From contig NZ_JBJTER010000089.1 in the NCBI RefSeq assembly GCF_046093005.1, forward strand, positions 9,816 through 73,815: DNA of 64,000 bases, read 5' to 3'. The notes below the pieces were generated by a model. The model saw nothing but the letters and a program-made list of their open reading frames with translations, had not been told where the DNA came from and made no database searches. Source of the stretch: Aestuariivirga sp. (GTDB lineage: Bacteria; Pseudomonadota; Alphaproteobacteria; Rhizobiales; Aestuariivirgaceae). The translations under genes and the position numbers were made by a program. Shown here piece after piece: positions 19,808-28,756 of this stretch; position 1 is the stretch's first letter, and every line of letters starts with the position of its first letter.

Positions 19808-21034
19808 ATGCGTACCCGATCCCTGTTTCTCGCCACGGTGTGTTCCGCGTTCCTTGCTGCAAGTGCGGCGGCTTCCGGAACCTTCGCCGCAACCTCCGAC
19901 ACTGAGCTCGTCACCGCGGCCTATCAGGCCTTGCAGGCAGGCGACATCGAGACCGCCATCGCCGGCTTCAGCAAAGCGATCGAGTCCCGCGGTCTGGCGC
20001 CGGGCGTCCTCGCCAATACGCTGCTCAACCGCGCCCACGCCTACCAGCGCATGAACGAGCACCAGCTGGCGATCGATGACTACACGGCCGCGCTGCGCAT
20101 CGATGCAATGTCGGGCGAGGTGCGCGCGCTGGCGCTCTATAACCGCGGTCTCTCCTATCAACGGCTGCAAAACAACACGCTGGCCATGGAGGATTTCACC
20201 TCCGCCCTGTTCCTCAACGGCCAGTTCAGCCATGCCTATTACAGCCGCGGCATGCTGCTGCGCGATGCCGGGCAGTATCTCTTCGCGCTCGCCGATTTCG
20301 ACAAGGCGCTGCGCTACAATTATCCTGATCCGGCCCGCGTCCATGTCGCCGAGGCGATGGTGTTCGAAAAGCTGCAGCGTCTGCCGGATGCGCGGGCGGC
20401 GCTGGAAAAGGCTCTGGCCGCCAAACCTGATTATGAGCCCGCGCAGCGCCGCCTGGCGGCGCTTGATGGCGTGCCGGCGCCCGCGGTTGCGGGTGACGAG
20501 ATCCAGACCGCGGCGGTGAGCCCGGCGCCGGATGGCCTGCCCGCCGCCCAGGCGCCCTCGGAAGCGCTGATGGTGGAGGAGCCGGCGGCAGCGCAGGGCT
20601 CTGCCAAGCAGTTCTCGGACCGGGTGCCGTCGGGTGAAGCGGCCGCGCCGGCTGCCGCTCCCGCCACGGAAACGGTGATCGCGGTGGAAACCGTGCCGGA
20701 AGAACCGTCCGCGCCGGCCGCGCAGGTTGAGGTGGCCGCCGCCGGGCCAGCCCCGGCGGAGGAGCCTCCGCCGCCGAAGCTGACGGGCTGGACGGTGCAG
20801 CTCGCTTCCGCCACCAGCGAGGATGGCGCCTGGTCGAGCTGGAAGAAGATGCAGGGCCGCTACAAGGTGCTCGCCGGCAAGGAACCGGTGGTGGTCCGCG
20901 CCGATCTGGGCGCCAAGGGCGTGTTCTACCGGGTGCGGCTCGTGGGCTTCGACAGCCAGTCGGAAGCCGGCAGCGCCTGCGCCCGGCTCAAGGCCAAGGG
21001 CGTGAAGTGCTTCGTCAGCAAGGCCGCTTCGTGA
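19808..21034 (+). CDS. Exported TPR-repeat protein with C-terminal SPOR domain
   Basis: Signal peptide, TPRs (NRAHAY, YNRGLSY, YYSRG), Ala/Pro/Glu linker, WTVQLAS...GVFYRVRL...C-x2-L-K-x2-G-x-x-C. Confidence 0.82.
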   Translation: MRTRSLFLATVCSAFLAASAAASGTFAATSDTELVTAAYQALQAGDIETAIAGFSKAIESRGLAPGVLANTLLNRAHAYQRMNEHQLAIDDYTAALRIDAMSGEVRALALYNRGLSYQRLQNNTLAMEDFTSALFLNGQFSHAYYSRGMLLRDAGQYLFALADFDKALRYNYPDPARVHVAEAMVFEKLQRLPDARAALEKALAAKPDYEPAQRRLAALDGVPAPAVAGDEIQTAAVSPAPDGLPAAQAPSEALMVEEPAAAQGSAKQFSDRVPSGEAAAPAAAPATETVIAVETVPEEPSAPAAQVEVAAAGPAPAEEPPPPKLTGWTVQLASATSEDGAWSSWKKMQGRYKVLAGKEPVVVRADLGAKGVFYRVRLVGFDSQSEAGSACARLKAKGVKCFVSKAAS

Positions 21035-21115
21035 GCTGATTTCCCGGGGGGCGCGGAAGGGGGAGGCCGGTGCGCGGTTCGGGCTCATTCTTTTCTGCAA
21101 CTTTTCGACGAGTTA

Positions 21116-21130
21116 TTAACGTTGCCTTAA
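21116..21130. promoter_or_regulatory. Candidate CtrA box (TTAA-N7-TTAA)
   Basis: TTAACGTTGCCTTAA, 24 bp upstream of the mrr-like start. Confidence 0.45.
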
Positions 21131-21154
21131 TCTGAATTGACCTAACGTCAGGTT

Positions 21155-21784
21155 ATGTTTCACATTCCTGACTTCCAGCGTTTGATGGGATCGCCCCCCG
21201 ATGCCACCTCAACAGCGCCTGAAGGGGCAGGCCCCGGCCTGCCCGCCGATTGGAGCGCGGTCGCGGCCTTTGTCGAGGCTGCGCACGCGCAACTGGCGCA
21301 TGATCTGATCGGACGCATTCATGTGCAGCCGCCGTCGTTCTTCGAACGTCTGGTGATCGATGTGCTGTTGGCCATGGGCTATGGCAGCGGCCGGCCGGCC
21401 ATGGCGCGCTGTCTTGGGCGCTCCTGGGATGGCGGCATCGACGGTATGATCCTGCTCGACGAGTTGGGCTTTGATTCAATCTTCGTCCAGGCCAAGCGCC
21501 TGAAACCGGGCGTGGCGGTGCCGGTGTCGGACGTGCGCGATTTCGCGGGCAGCCTTGAGGCCTGCCGCGCCAGCAAGGGCGTGCTGGTGGCCACCACGCA
21601 TTTCACGTCCAGCGCGCAGGCTTTTTGCTCCAGCATCTCCCGTCACATCGTCCTCATTGACGGCGCGCGGCTGGTGCAGCTGATGATTCGCCATAACATC
21701 GGCGTCGCGGTGCGCGGCAGCTTCCTGCTGAAGGAGCTCGACAACGGCTACTTCAGGCAAGCGGCGGAGCGCCGGGCGGAGTAG
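21155..21784 (+). CDS. mrr: Mrr-family restriction endonuclease, catalytic domain only
   Basis: FFERLVIDVLLAMGYG, DGGIDG, VQAKR, VRDFAGSL, LIDG; about 100 aa shorter than E. coli-type Mrr. Confidence 0.82.
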   Translation: MFHIPDFQRLMGSPPDATSTAPEGAGPGLPADWSAVAAFVEAAHAQLAHDLIGRIHVQPPSFFERLVIDVLLAMGYGSGRPAMARCLGRSWDGGIDGMILLDELGFDSIFVQAKRLKPGVAVPVSDVRDFAGSLEACRASKGVLVATTHFTSSAQAFCSSISRHIVLIDGARLVQLMIRHNIGVAVRGSFLLKELDNGYFRQAAERRAE

Positions 21785-21868
21785 CGAAGCGGCGGGGGAT
21801 TGCGTGGCTGGGGAAAACCCGCGGGGTCTGCATTCCGGCTGCCCCGCGGCTTGGCTATACTCGCCCGC

Positions 21869-22285
21869 ATGCCGCTTAATCTGTTGAAGCTCTGCGTCGG
21901 CGTCAGCGACGTCGAGGAACTGGAAAACTGGGTCAAGGACTGCCGCAAGGGCCGCGACACGCTGGATCATGTCACCCGCATGTTCCCCAAGCGCCGCGAT
22001 GAAATCCTGCCGGGCGGTTCGCTGTACTGGGTGATCCGCGGCATGATCCTCTGCCGTCAGCCGATCGCCGCGCTGGAGCCGGTGACCGGCGGTGACGGTA
22101 TCGAGCGCTGCCGCATCGTTTTCAAACCGCAGATCGTGCCCGTGCGGGCCACGCCCAAGCGCGCATTCCAGGGGTGGCGCTATCTCGAGGAAGCAGATAC
22201 GCCTCCGGATCTGCCGAAATCGGCGCGGGTGGAGGGCATGCCGGTCCAGATGCGCCGCGACCTGGCTGACCTGGGTCTGCTGTAG
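21869..22285 (+). CDS. DUF1489-family protein
   Basis: LNLLKLCVG, GGSLYWVIRG, RAFQGWRYL, LADLGLL. Confidence 0.8.
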   Translation: MPLNLLKLCVGVSDVEELENWVKDCRKGRDTLDHVTRMFPKRRDEILPGGSLYWVIRGMILCRQPIAALEPVTGGDGIERCRIVFKPQIVPVRATPKRAFQGWRYLEEADTPPDLPKSARVEGMPVQMRRDLADLGLL

Positions 22286-22434
22286 CGCCGCTCCATCTCA
22301 GGCGCTTTCACTCAACGCCGAACCATCGGCGCCGGTGCGGCGGCACTCAGGCGCAAGGCGGCGTCTGGCATGTCTGGAAAACTGGCAGCGCCATCGTCAC
22401 CCGACCGGCGCCGCCTTCAAGCCCGCAGGCCGTC

Positions 22435-23022
22435 CTACCAGCGCATCGGACGGAAGGACTTCAGCGTCGGCATGCCGATCATCGAGGACAGGGGCGCGGC
22501 ATTCTTGCTGAGCAGCCCCATGCCGATGAGGGAGGAGAGCGGCGCGGCATTCTCACTCAGCAGCGGCATGCCGATAACCCTGGAGGCGCTCCAATCGGCT
22601 GACGTCAGCGGTGAGAACCCGATGATCTTGGAGATGGGCGTGGCATCATCGGACAGCAAGGGCATCATCAGCGCGCTTGATAGCGGCGCGGCTTCATCCC
22701 ACAGGGTTTCCGGCGCGGGCTCCGGCATGCCGGTTGGGATGGGGTGGTGGGAGTCGAGAATCTGTTCCGCCGCCAGTCCTGTGCCGAAAGGCGCGAACAC
22801 CGTCACCAGCGAACCGCCCGCCGCAACGCCCTTGGCGTAAATACGGGCGTCCGCCAGAAGCACCCGGTTCTGGGCGATCTGCGCGGCAATGGCCGAGAGC
22901 GGCGTATCACCGGCGGGCGGAGACACCACATGAACGTCCGTGAAGCCCTCCTCGCGCAGTTCGGCGGCGGCCTTGTGAGCGGAGTCCTGGCTGGAATACA
23001 TCCGGTTGATTTCAGTGGTCAT
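22435..23022 (-). CDS. Putative LH2-associated PucDE/gamma-like protein with ~16-aa repeats
   Basis: Lies immediately after pucC; C-terminal repeats (A-x-PLS-x2-IGM-x-LLS). Resemblance to R. capsulatus PucDE is from memory only. Confidence 0.5.
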   Translation of the reverse strand: MTTEINRMYSSQDSAHKAAAELREEGFTDVHVVSPPAGDTPLSAIAAQIAQNRVLLADARIYAKGVAAGGSLVTVFAPFGTGLAAEQILDSHHPIPTGMPEPAPETLWDEAAPLSSALMMPLLSDDATPISKIIGFSPLTSADWSASRVIGMPLLSENAAPLSSLIGMGLLSKNAAPLSSMIGMPTLKSFRPMRW

Positions 23023-23056
23023 TGCGGTGTCCTCTCGCTATTGGTTCGGTGTTCGT

Positions 23057-24457
23057 TCATCGGGCGTCTGCGGTGCGGCGGTTTGTGGCGTCCGGGCTGC
23101 GCGCAAGGTGGTAAGCAATTACGATTGTTGCCATTAGCAGGATCACCTCCAGCCCATAGACCGAAAGATAGGGCAACACTGTTCCCCCGCCGCCAATGGC
23201 CGCGACGCTGTCACGGAGGATCGCGCCCAGCGCAATCCCGCATCCCGCGGCGGTGGCCTGCACTGCGCCCCATGCGCCAAGCGCCAGGCCACGCTGGTCT
23301 TCGGGCGCATGGTTCATGGTGGCGGTGAGCGTGCCGTGCCCGAACAGCCCGCCGCCAAAGCCAATGAGCAGCGTGCCGGCGCCGAACAGCAAGGGTGAGG
23401 CCAATGGCGCCGCCGCGATGATCATCAGGAACGCCGGCACCCCAACCATCGCGCCGCATGCGGCCATGCGGAACGCATCGAAGCCGCGGCTCAGCACATA
23501 GGAGGCAAGGCTGAAGCCCAGGAGGCCGCCGCCCGCGAGTGCGGCCGTCAGCACCGTGGTGCGCGACACGGTAAGGCCGAGGACCTGGCCGCCATAGGGC
23601 TCCAGCATCACATCCTGCATGCTGAAGGCGAGTGTGCCGAGGCCTACCGCCACCAGCCGGGCCATCGCCTTGTCGCCGGCGATGAAGCAGGCCCAGGCCT
23701 CCCGGAAACTGGGGTCGGGGGCGGCTCCTGGCCGCCGCCTGGCGCCGCCGCGCGCCTCCTGCTTCCAAACCGCGATACCGGTGAGCAGCAAGGTGGCCAC
23801 GCCCGCGCCCTGGATCACCTGAACCAGCCGCCCATGCGAGAAATTGGCGAGCAAGGCTCCGAAAATCAGTGCACTGATGATTGAGCCCGCCAGCAGAGAG
23901 ACATACATGAGCCCGACCACATTGGGCTGTTTTTCCGGGGGCGTGAGGTCTGTCGCCAGTGCGAGCCCGGCAGTCTGGCTGATGTGCAGTCCGGCTCCAA
24001 CGAGCAGGAAGGCAAGCGCCGCCGCCGCCTGGCCCACCCAGGCGGGAACTTCAGCGGCATGGCCCTGGCGGGCAAGCACCAGCAGCGCGAAAGGCATGAT
24101 GGCGAGGCCGCCGAACTGCAGCATCGCGCCCTTGTAGATGAATGGAACGCGCTTCCAGCCCAGTTCGGACTGGTGGGTGTCGGATTTGAAGCCGATGAGC
24201 GCCCGGAATGGCGCGAAAACCAGTGGCATGGCCAGCATCACGGCCACCAGCGAGGCCGGAACGTGCAGCTCAACGATCATCACCCGGTTCAGCGTGCCCA
24301 CCAGCAGCGCCAGTGTCATTCCGGCGGAGACCTGGAACAGCGAAAGCCGCAGCAGCCGCTCGATCGGCACATCGGCCGTCGCGGCGTCCGCGAAGGGAAG
24401 ATATTTCGCGCCGAGCCCGATCCAGGCCCGCATCACGCTCTGGCTGAGACGGTTCAT
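23057..24457 (-). CDS. pucC: PucC/LhaA-family MFS light-harvesting assembly protein
   Basis: YLPFADAAT, LLRLSLFQVS, GTLNRVMIVEL, LEPYGG, GAWGAVQATAAG; follows pucBA. Confidence 0.9.
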   Translation of the reverse strand: MNRLSQSVMRAWIGLGAKYLPFADAATADVPIERLLRLSLFQVSAGMTLALLVGTLNRVMIVELHVPASLVAVMLAMPLVFAPFRALIGFKSDTHQSELGWKRVPFIYKGAMLQFGGLAIMPFALLVLARQGHAAEVPAWVGQAAAALAFLLVGAGLHISQTAGLALATDLTPPEKQPNVVGLMYVSLLAGSIISALIFGALLANFSHGRLVQVIQGAGVATLLLTGIAVWKQEARGGARRRPGAAPDPSFREAWACFIAGDKAMARLVAVGLGTLAFSMQDVMLEPYGGQVLGLTVSRTTVLTAALAGGGLLGFSLASYVLSRGFDAFRMAACGAMVGVPAFLMIIAAAPLASPLLFGAGTLLIGFGGGLFGHGTLTATMNHAPEDQRGLALGAWGAVQATAAGCGIALGAILRDSVAAIGGGGTVLPYLSVYGLEVILLMATIVIAYHLARSPDATNRRTADAR

Positions 24458-24498
24458 GCCCCGTATCCGGCGGTTAATGCTGCAACCGGTGTCGGAAT

Positions 24499-24607
24499 TT
24501 GCGGGAGGTGCGCGGGGCTTGGGTCCCCGCTCACCTCTCGCAATATCGTAGCCATCCCCCTTGCACTGCCGGCGCCGCTTTCGGGGGAAAGGAGGCGCCG
24601 GCGGTGC
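24499..24607 (-). terminator. Two GC-rich stem-loops between pucA and pucC (mRNA stabiliser/attenuator)
   Basis: TTGCGGGAGGTG...CACCTCTCGCAA (24499-24543) and GCACTGCCGGCGCC...GGCGCCGGCGGTGC (24563-24607). Confidence 0.55.
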
Positions 24608-24624
24608 CGGTCAGGAGGGACCAT

Positions 24625-24927
24625 CTATTTTACGGCGATCGCCGTCTCGTCCTCGAGCGAGGCGAGCTTGGCGGCCGCGTCAGGAGCCACTGTCACGGTG
24701 ATGACATAGCCCTGATCGGTCTTGGTCACGTTCGAGGCCAGCGGCGAAACCGTGGTTTCGGCCGAGGCGGCCTGCGCGGCCGCTCCGCCCTCGAAGAACT
24801 TCGACACCCAGGTGCTGTGCGTCATCACTGACGCATGCACCACCAGCGAGGTGACCGCCACGCCGCCGATGAACAGCGGCAGGCCGACGGTGGGGTTAAC
24901 GACGCACCAGATTCTTCCTTGGTTCAT
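24625..24927 (-). CDS. pucA: LH2 alpha polypeptide with long C-terminal extension (100 aa)
   Basis: [17 protein letters not shown], His31 BChl ligand, TW at 39-40. Confidence 0.93.
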   Translation of the reverse strand: MNQGRIWCVVNPTVGLPLFIGGVAVTSLVVHASVMTHSTWVSKFFEGGAAAQAASAETTVSPLASNVTKTDQGYVITVTVAPDAAAKLASLEDETAIAVK

Positions 24928-24939
24928 GTCATTAACCTC

Positions 24940-25095
24940 CTAGTGCAGCCATGGCGAATAAACATACGCCAGCAGGTGTGCGAAGAGGGCGATCACGAAG
25001 AACACGCGCGAGCCGTCGATGACGTGCTTGTGCAGTTCCTCTGATTCCCGGATGGTAAGGCCAGTCGGCCATACCCGGTTGGGATCGTCTGACAT
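24940..25095 (-). CDS. pucB: LH2 beta polypeptide (51 aa; below the ORF-track cutoff)
   Basis: Manual translation: [51 protein letters not shown]; GGAGG RBS upstream. Confidence 0.94.
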   Translation of the reverse strand: MSDDPNRVWPTGLTIRESEELHKHVIDGSRVFFVIALFAHLLAYVYSPWLH

Positions 25096-25205
25096 CTAGC
25101 TTGTACCTCCAGACTTAGACTAGTTCCGTGCTTGACCCGCACGCAGGTTTCTCGTCATTTCATCAACAACAAGACTAGTTTTGGTGCAGAGCACCTTCCT
25201 TCCCC

Positions 25206-26261
25206 TCACGGGTTGGGAACCGATAATTCCGGATACTCCTTTGCCATGCTGAAGCCGTAGAGCGGCTTGTTCACGCCCTGGTGGCAGGTGGCGCAGTTGA
25301 CCTTGAGAACGTCGCCCATCGGCCCCTTGCGGTTGGCGGGGAACACATCGGTGAGCGAGTCCATGTAGGTCTGGTTGACATTGCCCACCATCTGCAGGCC
25401 GTGCCAGGCGGTGACGCGCTGCGGCCGGCTTTCCTTCCAGCTGCTGAAGATCCGCGAGTTGTGGCAGAAGGTGCAGTTGACGCCCAGCCCCGTGGACATG
25501 TGCATCATCAGCGCATAGGTCTTCTCGGTGCTCTGGATCGAGCCGCCGGTGCCGCCCGGAAGCGCCGTGGAGGCGATGACCCGGATGTTGGCGCCGGGCT
25601 GCAGCAGCGTGGTGAACGGATCATAGGGCAGGGAGGCATAGGCGGGAACCTGCATGCCGGCCACATTCTGGCCGTCGCGGCTCGCCGCCATGCCGCCCGC
25701 CTGTTTCGGCCCGGGGTTGATCGCCCAGACATTCGCGGGCACTGGCTTGCCGCGATGGCAGGTGTAGCAGGTGACGCCCGTCGCCTGCACGTGGGTCTGG
25801 TACTTGCTGTTGATGGTCCTCGTCATCTGCAGCATGCGCCGCGCCACGACCTTGGTGTAGACCTCGTCGGACGCCATGTTCTCGACATTGTGGCAATAGG
25901 CGCAGCCGGCATTGTCGCCTTCCTGCGGGGCGACCCAGGTGGTGATGGCGCCCATCAGCCGGTTGAACTGCGCGGTGTCGAGATCGCCCAGCACCTGCAC
26001 ATTCTTGTAGTTTTCAGGATCGTCCTTCACCAGCACGCCGTCGTTCTCCACGGGGTCGTCGGGCACCGGCGCCTTGTTGAGGGCGGCGAGCATTTCGGCG
26101 CGGCGCGGGTTGGTGATCTGCTCCATGCCGAGGCCGCGATAGCCCAGCTGCTCGGAGTGCATCGGCGGGCGCTCCCATTGCAGCATCATGGGGATGGTGA
26201 GCAGGGTCACCACGACGATGCCGAGCAGGGCTGCTGTAAGGGTTGAGGCGGAGAGTTTCAT
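25206..26261 (-). CDS. pufC: Reaction-centre tetraheme cytochrome c subunit
   Basis: Four CxxCH motifs (CAYCH, CYTCH, CTFCH, CATCH); axial Met/His candidates present; WERPP and GYRG motifs. Confidence 0.96.
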   Translation of the reverse strand: MKLSASTLTAALLGIVVVTLLTIPMMLQWERPPMHSEQLGYRGLGMEQITNPRRAEMLAALNKAPVPDDPVENDGVLVKDDPENYKNVQVLGDLDTAQFNRLMGAITTWVAPQEGDNAGCAYCHNVENMASDEVYTKVVARRMLQMTRTINSKYQTHVQATGVTCYTCHRGKPVPANVWAINPGPKQAGGMAASRDGQNVAGMQVPAYASLPYDPFTTLLQPGANIRVIASTALPGGTGGSIQSTEKTYALMMHMSTGLGVNCTFCHNSRIFSSWKESRPQRVTAWHGLQMVGNVNQTYMDSLTDVFPANRKGPMGDVLKVNCATCHQGVNKPLYGFSMAKEYPELSVPNP

Positions 26262-26274
26262 GTGGTCATCCCTC

Positions 26275-27249
26275 CTATTGCGCCACGCCCGTGGGATCGA
26301 GGACCGGCGCCGTCAGGTCGAGCGGATAGACCGGCGCCACGCCATGCTTCACCGCCCACAGATACCAGTTGTCGACCACCGTGCCGGTGAGCAGGATGCC
26401 GATGCCGCCAACCAGCGGGCACAGCACCGCGAACCACCACGCCCAGCGGTGGATCGACTCCATGGTGGCGTTGAAGCCCATGGTCCAGCGCCAGAACAGG
26501 GCGGCGCGCTCCGAGGCCGTGCCGCGGTCGAGGATCTGTTCGATCTCGCGCTCGCCGCCCAGCCGCGACACCGCGAGGATGGTCGCGCCATGCATGGCGA
26601 ACAGCAGCGCCGAGCCGTACAGGAAGGCGATCGAGAGCATGTGGAAAGGGTTGTAGAAGAGGTTGCCGTAGCGGATCGAAAACGCCGCCGTCCAGTCGAG
26701 GTGCGGGAAGATGCCGAACGGGACCGCTTCCGAGAAGTTGCCGAGCAGCAGCGGCCGGAAGAAGCCCAGCACCAGATAGAGCCAGATGGCCGCCGCGAAG
26801 GCCCAGGCGATATGCGTTCCCATGCCCAGCGCGCGGGCGCGCCGGTAGGTGCGCAGCCACCACAGCAGGATCGATGCGGTGAGGAAGAAGCCGGCCATCT
26901 GCCACCAGCCGCCTTCGCGCAGCGGCGCCAGGCCCAGCCCGTATTTGGCCGGCGGCGGCTCGAGGCCCAGCCAGAACAGCTGGCGCACGAATTCGATTGG
27001 GTTCCAGTTCACCGAGGCCAGCATGTTGAGGCCGATGATCTCGATCGCAATGAAACCGCAGAGCAGCGAGGCGATGCCCAGCGCGCCCAGATACACAGGC
27101 CCGATCTGCGCGTCGCCGAAGGTGCCGAGCAGCCAGTTGGTGGTGGTCATGTTCTCGCGTGACCAGTTTCCTGGCTTCATCGGCACGCCCATGTCGGCGG
27201 GGCCGTGCACCTGCACGCGGGTGAAGATATTCTGATATTCGTACATCAT
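26275..27249 (-). CDS. pufM: Type II reaction centre M subunit
   Basis: [57 protein letters not shown]. Confidence 0.98.
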   Translation of the reverse strand: MMYEYQNIFTRVQVHGPADMGVPMKPGNWSRENMTTTNWLLGTFGDAQIGPVYLGALGIASLLCGFIAIEIIGLNMLASVNWNPIEFVRQLFWLGLEPPPAKYGLGLAPLREGGWWQMAGFFLTASILLWWLRTYRRARALGMGTHIAWAFAAAIWLYLVLGFFRPLLLGNFSEAVPFGIFPHLDWTAAFSIRYGNLFYNPFHMLSIAFLYGSALLFAMHGATILAVSRLGGEREIEQILDRGTASERAALFWRWTMGFNATMESIHRWAWWFAVLCPLVGGIGILLTGTVVDNWYLWAVKHGVAPVYPLDLTAPVLDPTGVAQ

Positions 27250-27264
27250 GGGAGTCTCCGCGCG

Positions 27265-28089
27265 TCAGGACCAAATCGGCAGGTCGAGCCACCAGTTCCA
27301 CCATTCGGGCCAGCCACGGGTCCAGAATGGGCCGCTGATCACGATGCAGACGGCGCTGAAGAACACCGCGCCCAGCGCCAGCAACAGGCCCAGGCGGTGA
27401 ATGCCGAGCGTGCCGATCGAATAGCCGATGTGATCACGGAAGAAGGCGTTCTCGTGTTCGGCGGTCTTCACCGCCTCGCCCTTCGGCGGGTTGGTGGCCG
27501 ACAGCACCAGGCCGCCATGCATGGCGAGCGCCAGCGTCGTCGTGAAGAACAGCGTGATGGCGATCATATGCGCCGGATTGTAGTGGAAATGCAGATATTG
27601 GTAGCCCACGTTGGACACCCAATCGAGATGGCTGATGATGCCATAGGGGAAGGCATGACCCCAGGCGCCGAGCAGCACCGGGCGCACGATCTCGAGGGTC
27701 ACATAGGCGAGGATGGCGAAGGAGAAGGCGACCGGCACGTGAAGGCCGATGCCGAGCTTGCGGCAGATTTCCACCTCGCGCAGCGCCCAGCTCACGAAGG
27801 CGCCGGTGGCGCACACGGTGATGATCTGCCAGAGCCCGCCCTCCTTGAGCGGCGCCAGCGCCAGGCCATAGCTCAGGTCGGGCGGCGCGATGTTGATCTG
27901 CCAGAGGTTCCAGGTCGGCCCGATGGCCGCGGAATAGACGATCAGGGCGGTGCCCAGGATCGAGAAGAAGGCGGTGGTGACGCCGAAGAAGCCCACATAG
28001 AAGGGCCCCACCCAGAAATCGAACAGATCGCCGCCGAACAGCGTTCCGCCGCGTACGCGATATTTCTTTTCGAAACTGAGCATTGACAT
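27265..28089 (-). CDS. pufL: Type II reaction centre L subunit
   Basis: [36 protein letters not shown]. Confidence 0.98.
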   Translation of the reverse strand: MSMLSFEKKYRVRGGTLFGGDLFDFWVGPFYVGFFGVTTAFFSILGTALIVYSAAIGPTWNLWQINIAPPDLSYGLALAPLKEGGLWQIITVCATGAFVSWALREVEICRKLGIGLHVPVAFSFAILAYVTLEIVRPVLLGAWGHAFPYGIISHLDWVSNVGYQYLHFHYNPAHMIAITLFFTTTLALAMHGGLVLSATNPPKGEAVKTAEHENAFFRDHIGYSIGTLGIHRLGLLLALGAVFFSAVCIVISGPFWTRGWPEWWNWWLDLPIWS

Positions 28090-28142
28090 TTCGGTCACTC
28101 CTCCGGCCCTGGAAGCCGGCCTTATTTCTCGAATTTCAGTTC

Positions 28143-28178
28143 GTGGACGGAACGGGGTGGAGGCCGCGTTCCGTCCAC
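28143..28178 (-). terminator. pufA-pufL intercistronic stem-loop
   Basis: Perfect 12-bp stem GTGGACGGAACG/CGTTCCGTCCAC at the position known to stabilise pufBA mRNA in Rhodobacter. Confidence 0.7.
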
Positions 28179-28201
28179 AGGGGGGTGCGGGATGACCGGC
28201 G

Positions 28202-28384
28202 TCAGCCGATCATCTCGCTGACTGTCACATCCAGGCTCGCAGCCTTCTTCACGCCGCCTTCCAGCCAGTTGAACCGGTCGGTGGACAGAAGAATGAAGTG
28301 GATGATGAGTGCCAGCACGAACAGGAAGGTAGCCATCGCCACCAGGGTCCTGCGGGGATCGAAAAGAAGCCACATGCGCCACAT
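28202..28384 (-). CDS. pufA: LH1 alpha polypeptide
   Basis: [28 protein letters not shown]. Confidence 0.97.
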   Translation of the reverse strand: MWRMWLLFDPRRTLVAMATFLFVLALIIHFILLSTDRFNWLEGGVKKAASLDVTVSEMIG

Positions 28385-28396
28385 GATCGATCCTCC

Positions 28397-28615
28397 TTAT
28401 GTGAACATCGACGTGAGCTGGTGCAGGACCGGCGTCAGGTCGGTGCTCTCATAGCCGTTGGGTCCGGGAATCCACGGGCGCCATTGCCAGGCAAGGAAGT
28501 GGGCGACGATCGCCACCAACGTGAAGGCAATGAAGCTCGAAACGAAGATTCCATGGAACTCCTTGGCTTCGGCTTCGGACAGGCCAGAGATGCCTGACCC
28601 TCTGTTATCGGCCAT
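28397..28615 (-). CDS. pufB: LH1 beta polypeptide
   Basis: [23 protein letters not shown]. Confidence 0.97.
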   Translation of the reverse strand: MADNRGSGISGLSEAEAKEFHGIFVSSFIAFTLVAIVAHFLAWQWRPWIPGPNGYESTDLTPVLHQLTSMFT

Positions 28616-28756
28616 TTTACTGACCTCCGTCTGAGGCCCCGTGAAGGGCCCTGTTACCGCTGAAATCCCGCGCGGACCGGGTGCCTCGGGCCGGTGGAGA
28701 GCCCTTGGCGATCCGCCGTCACCCGCAAGGGTGCCGGCGAATGGCTGGCCCTGCGC

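Noticed and set aside
25117-25180. Two AGACTAGTT copies in the pufC-pucB spacer
   Set aside because: Only 9 bp and two copies, with no known motif; cannot be distinguished from chance.
25096-26275. pufX or extra pufBA copies after pufM/pufC
   Set aside because: pufC follows pufM directly, and the downstream pair has LH2 (puc) rather than LH1 signatures.
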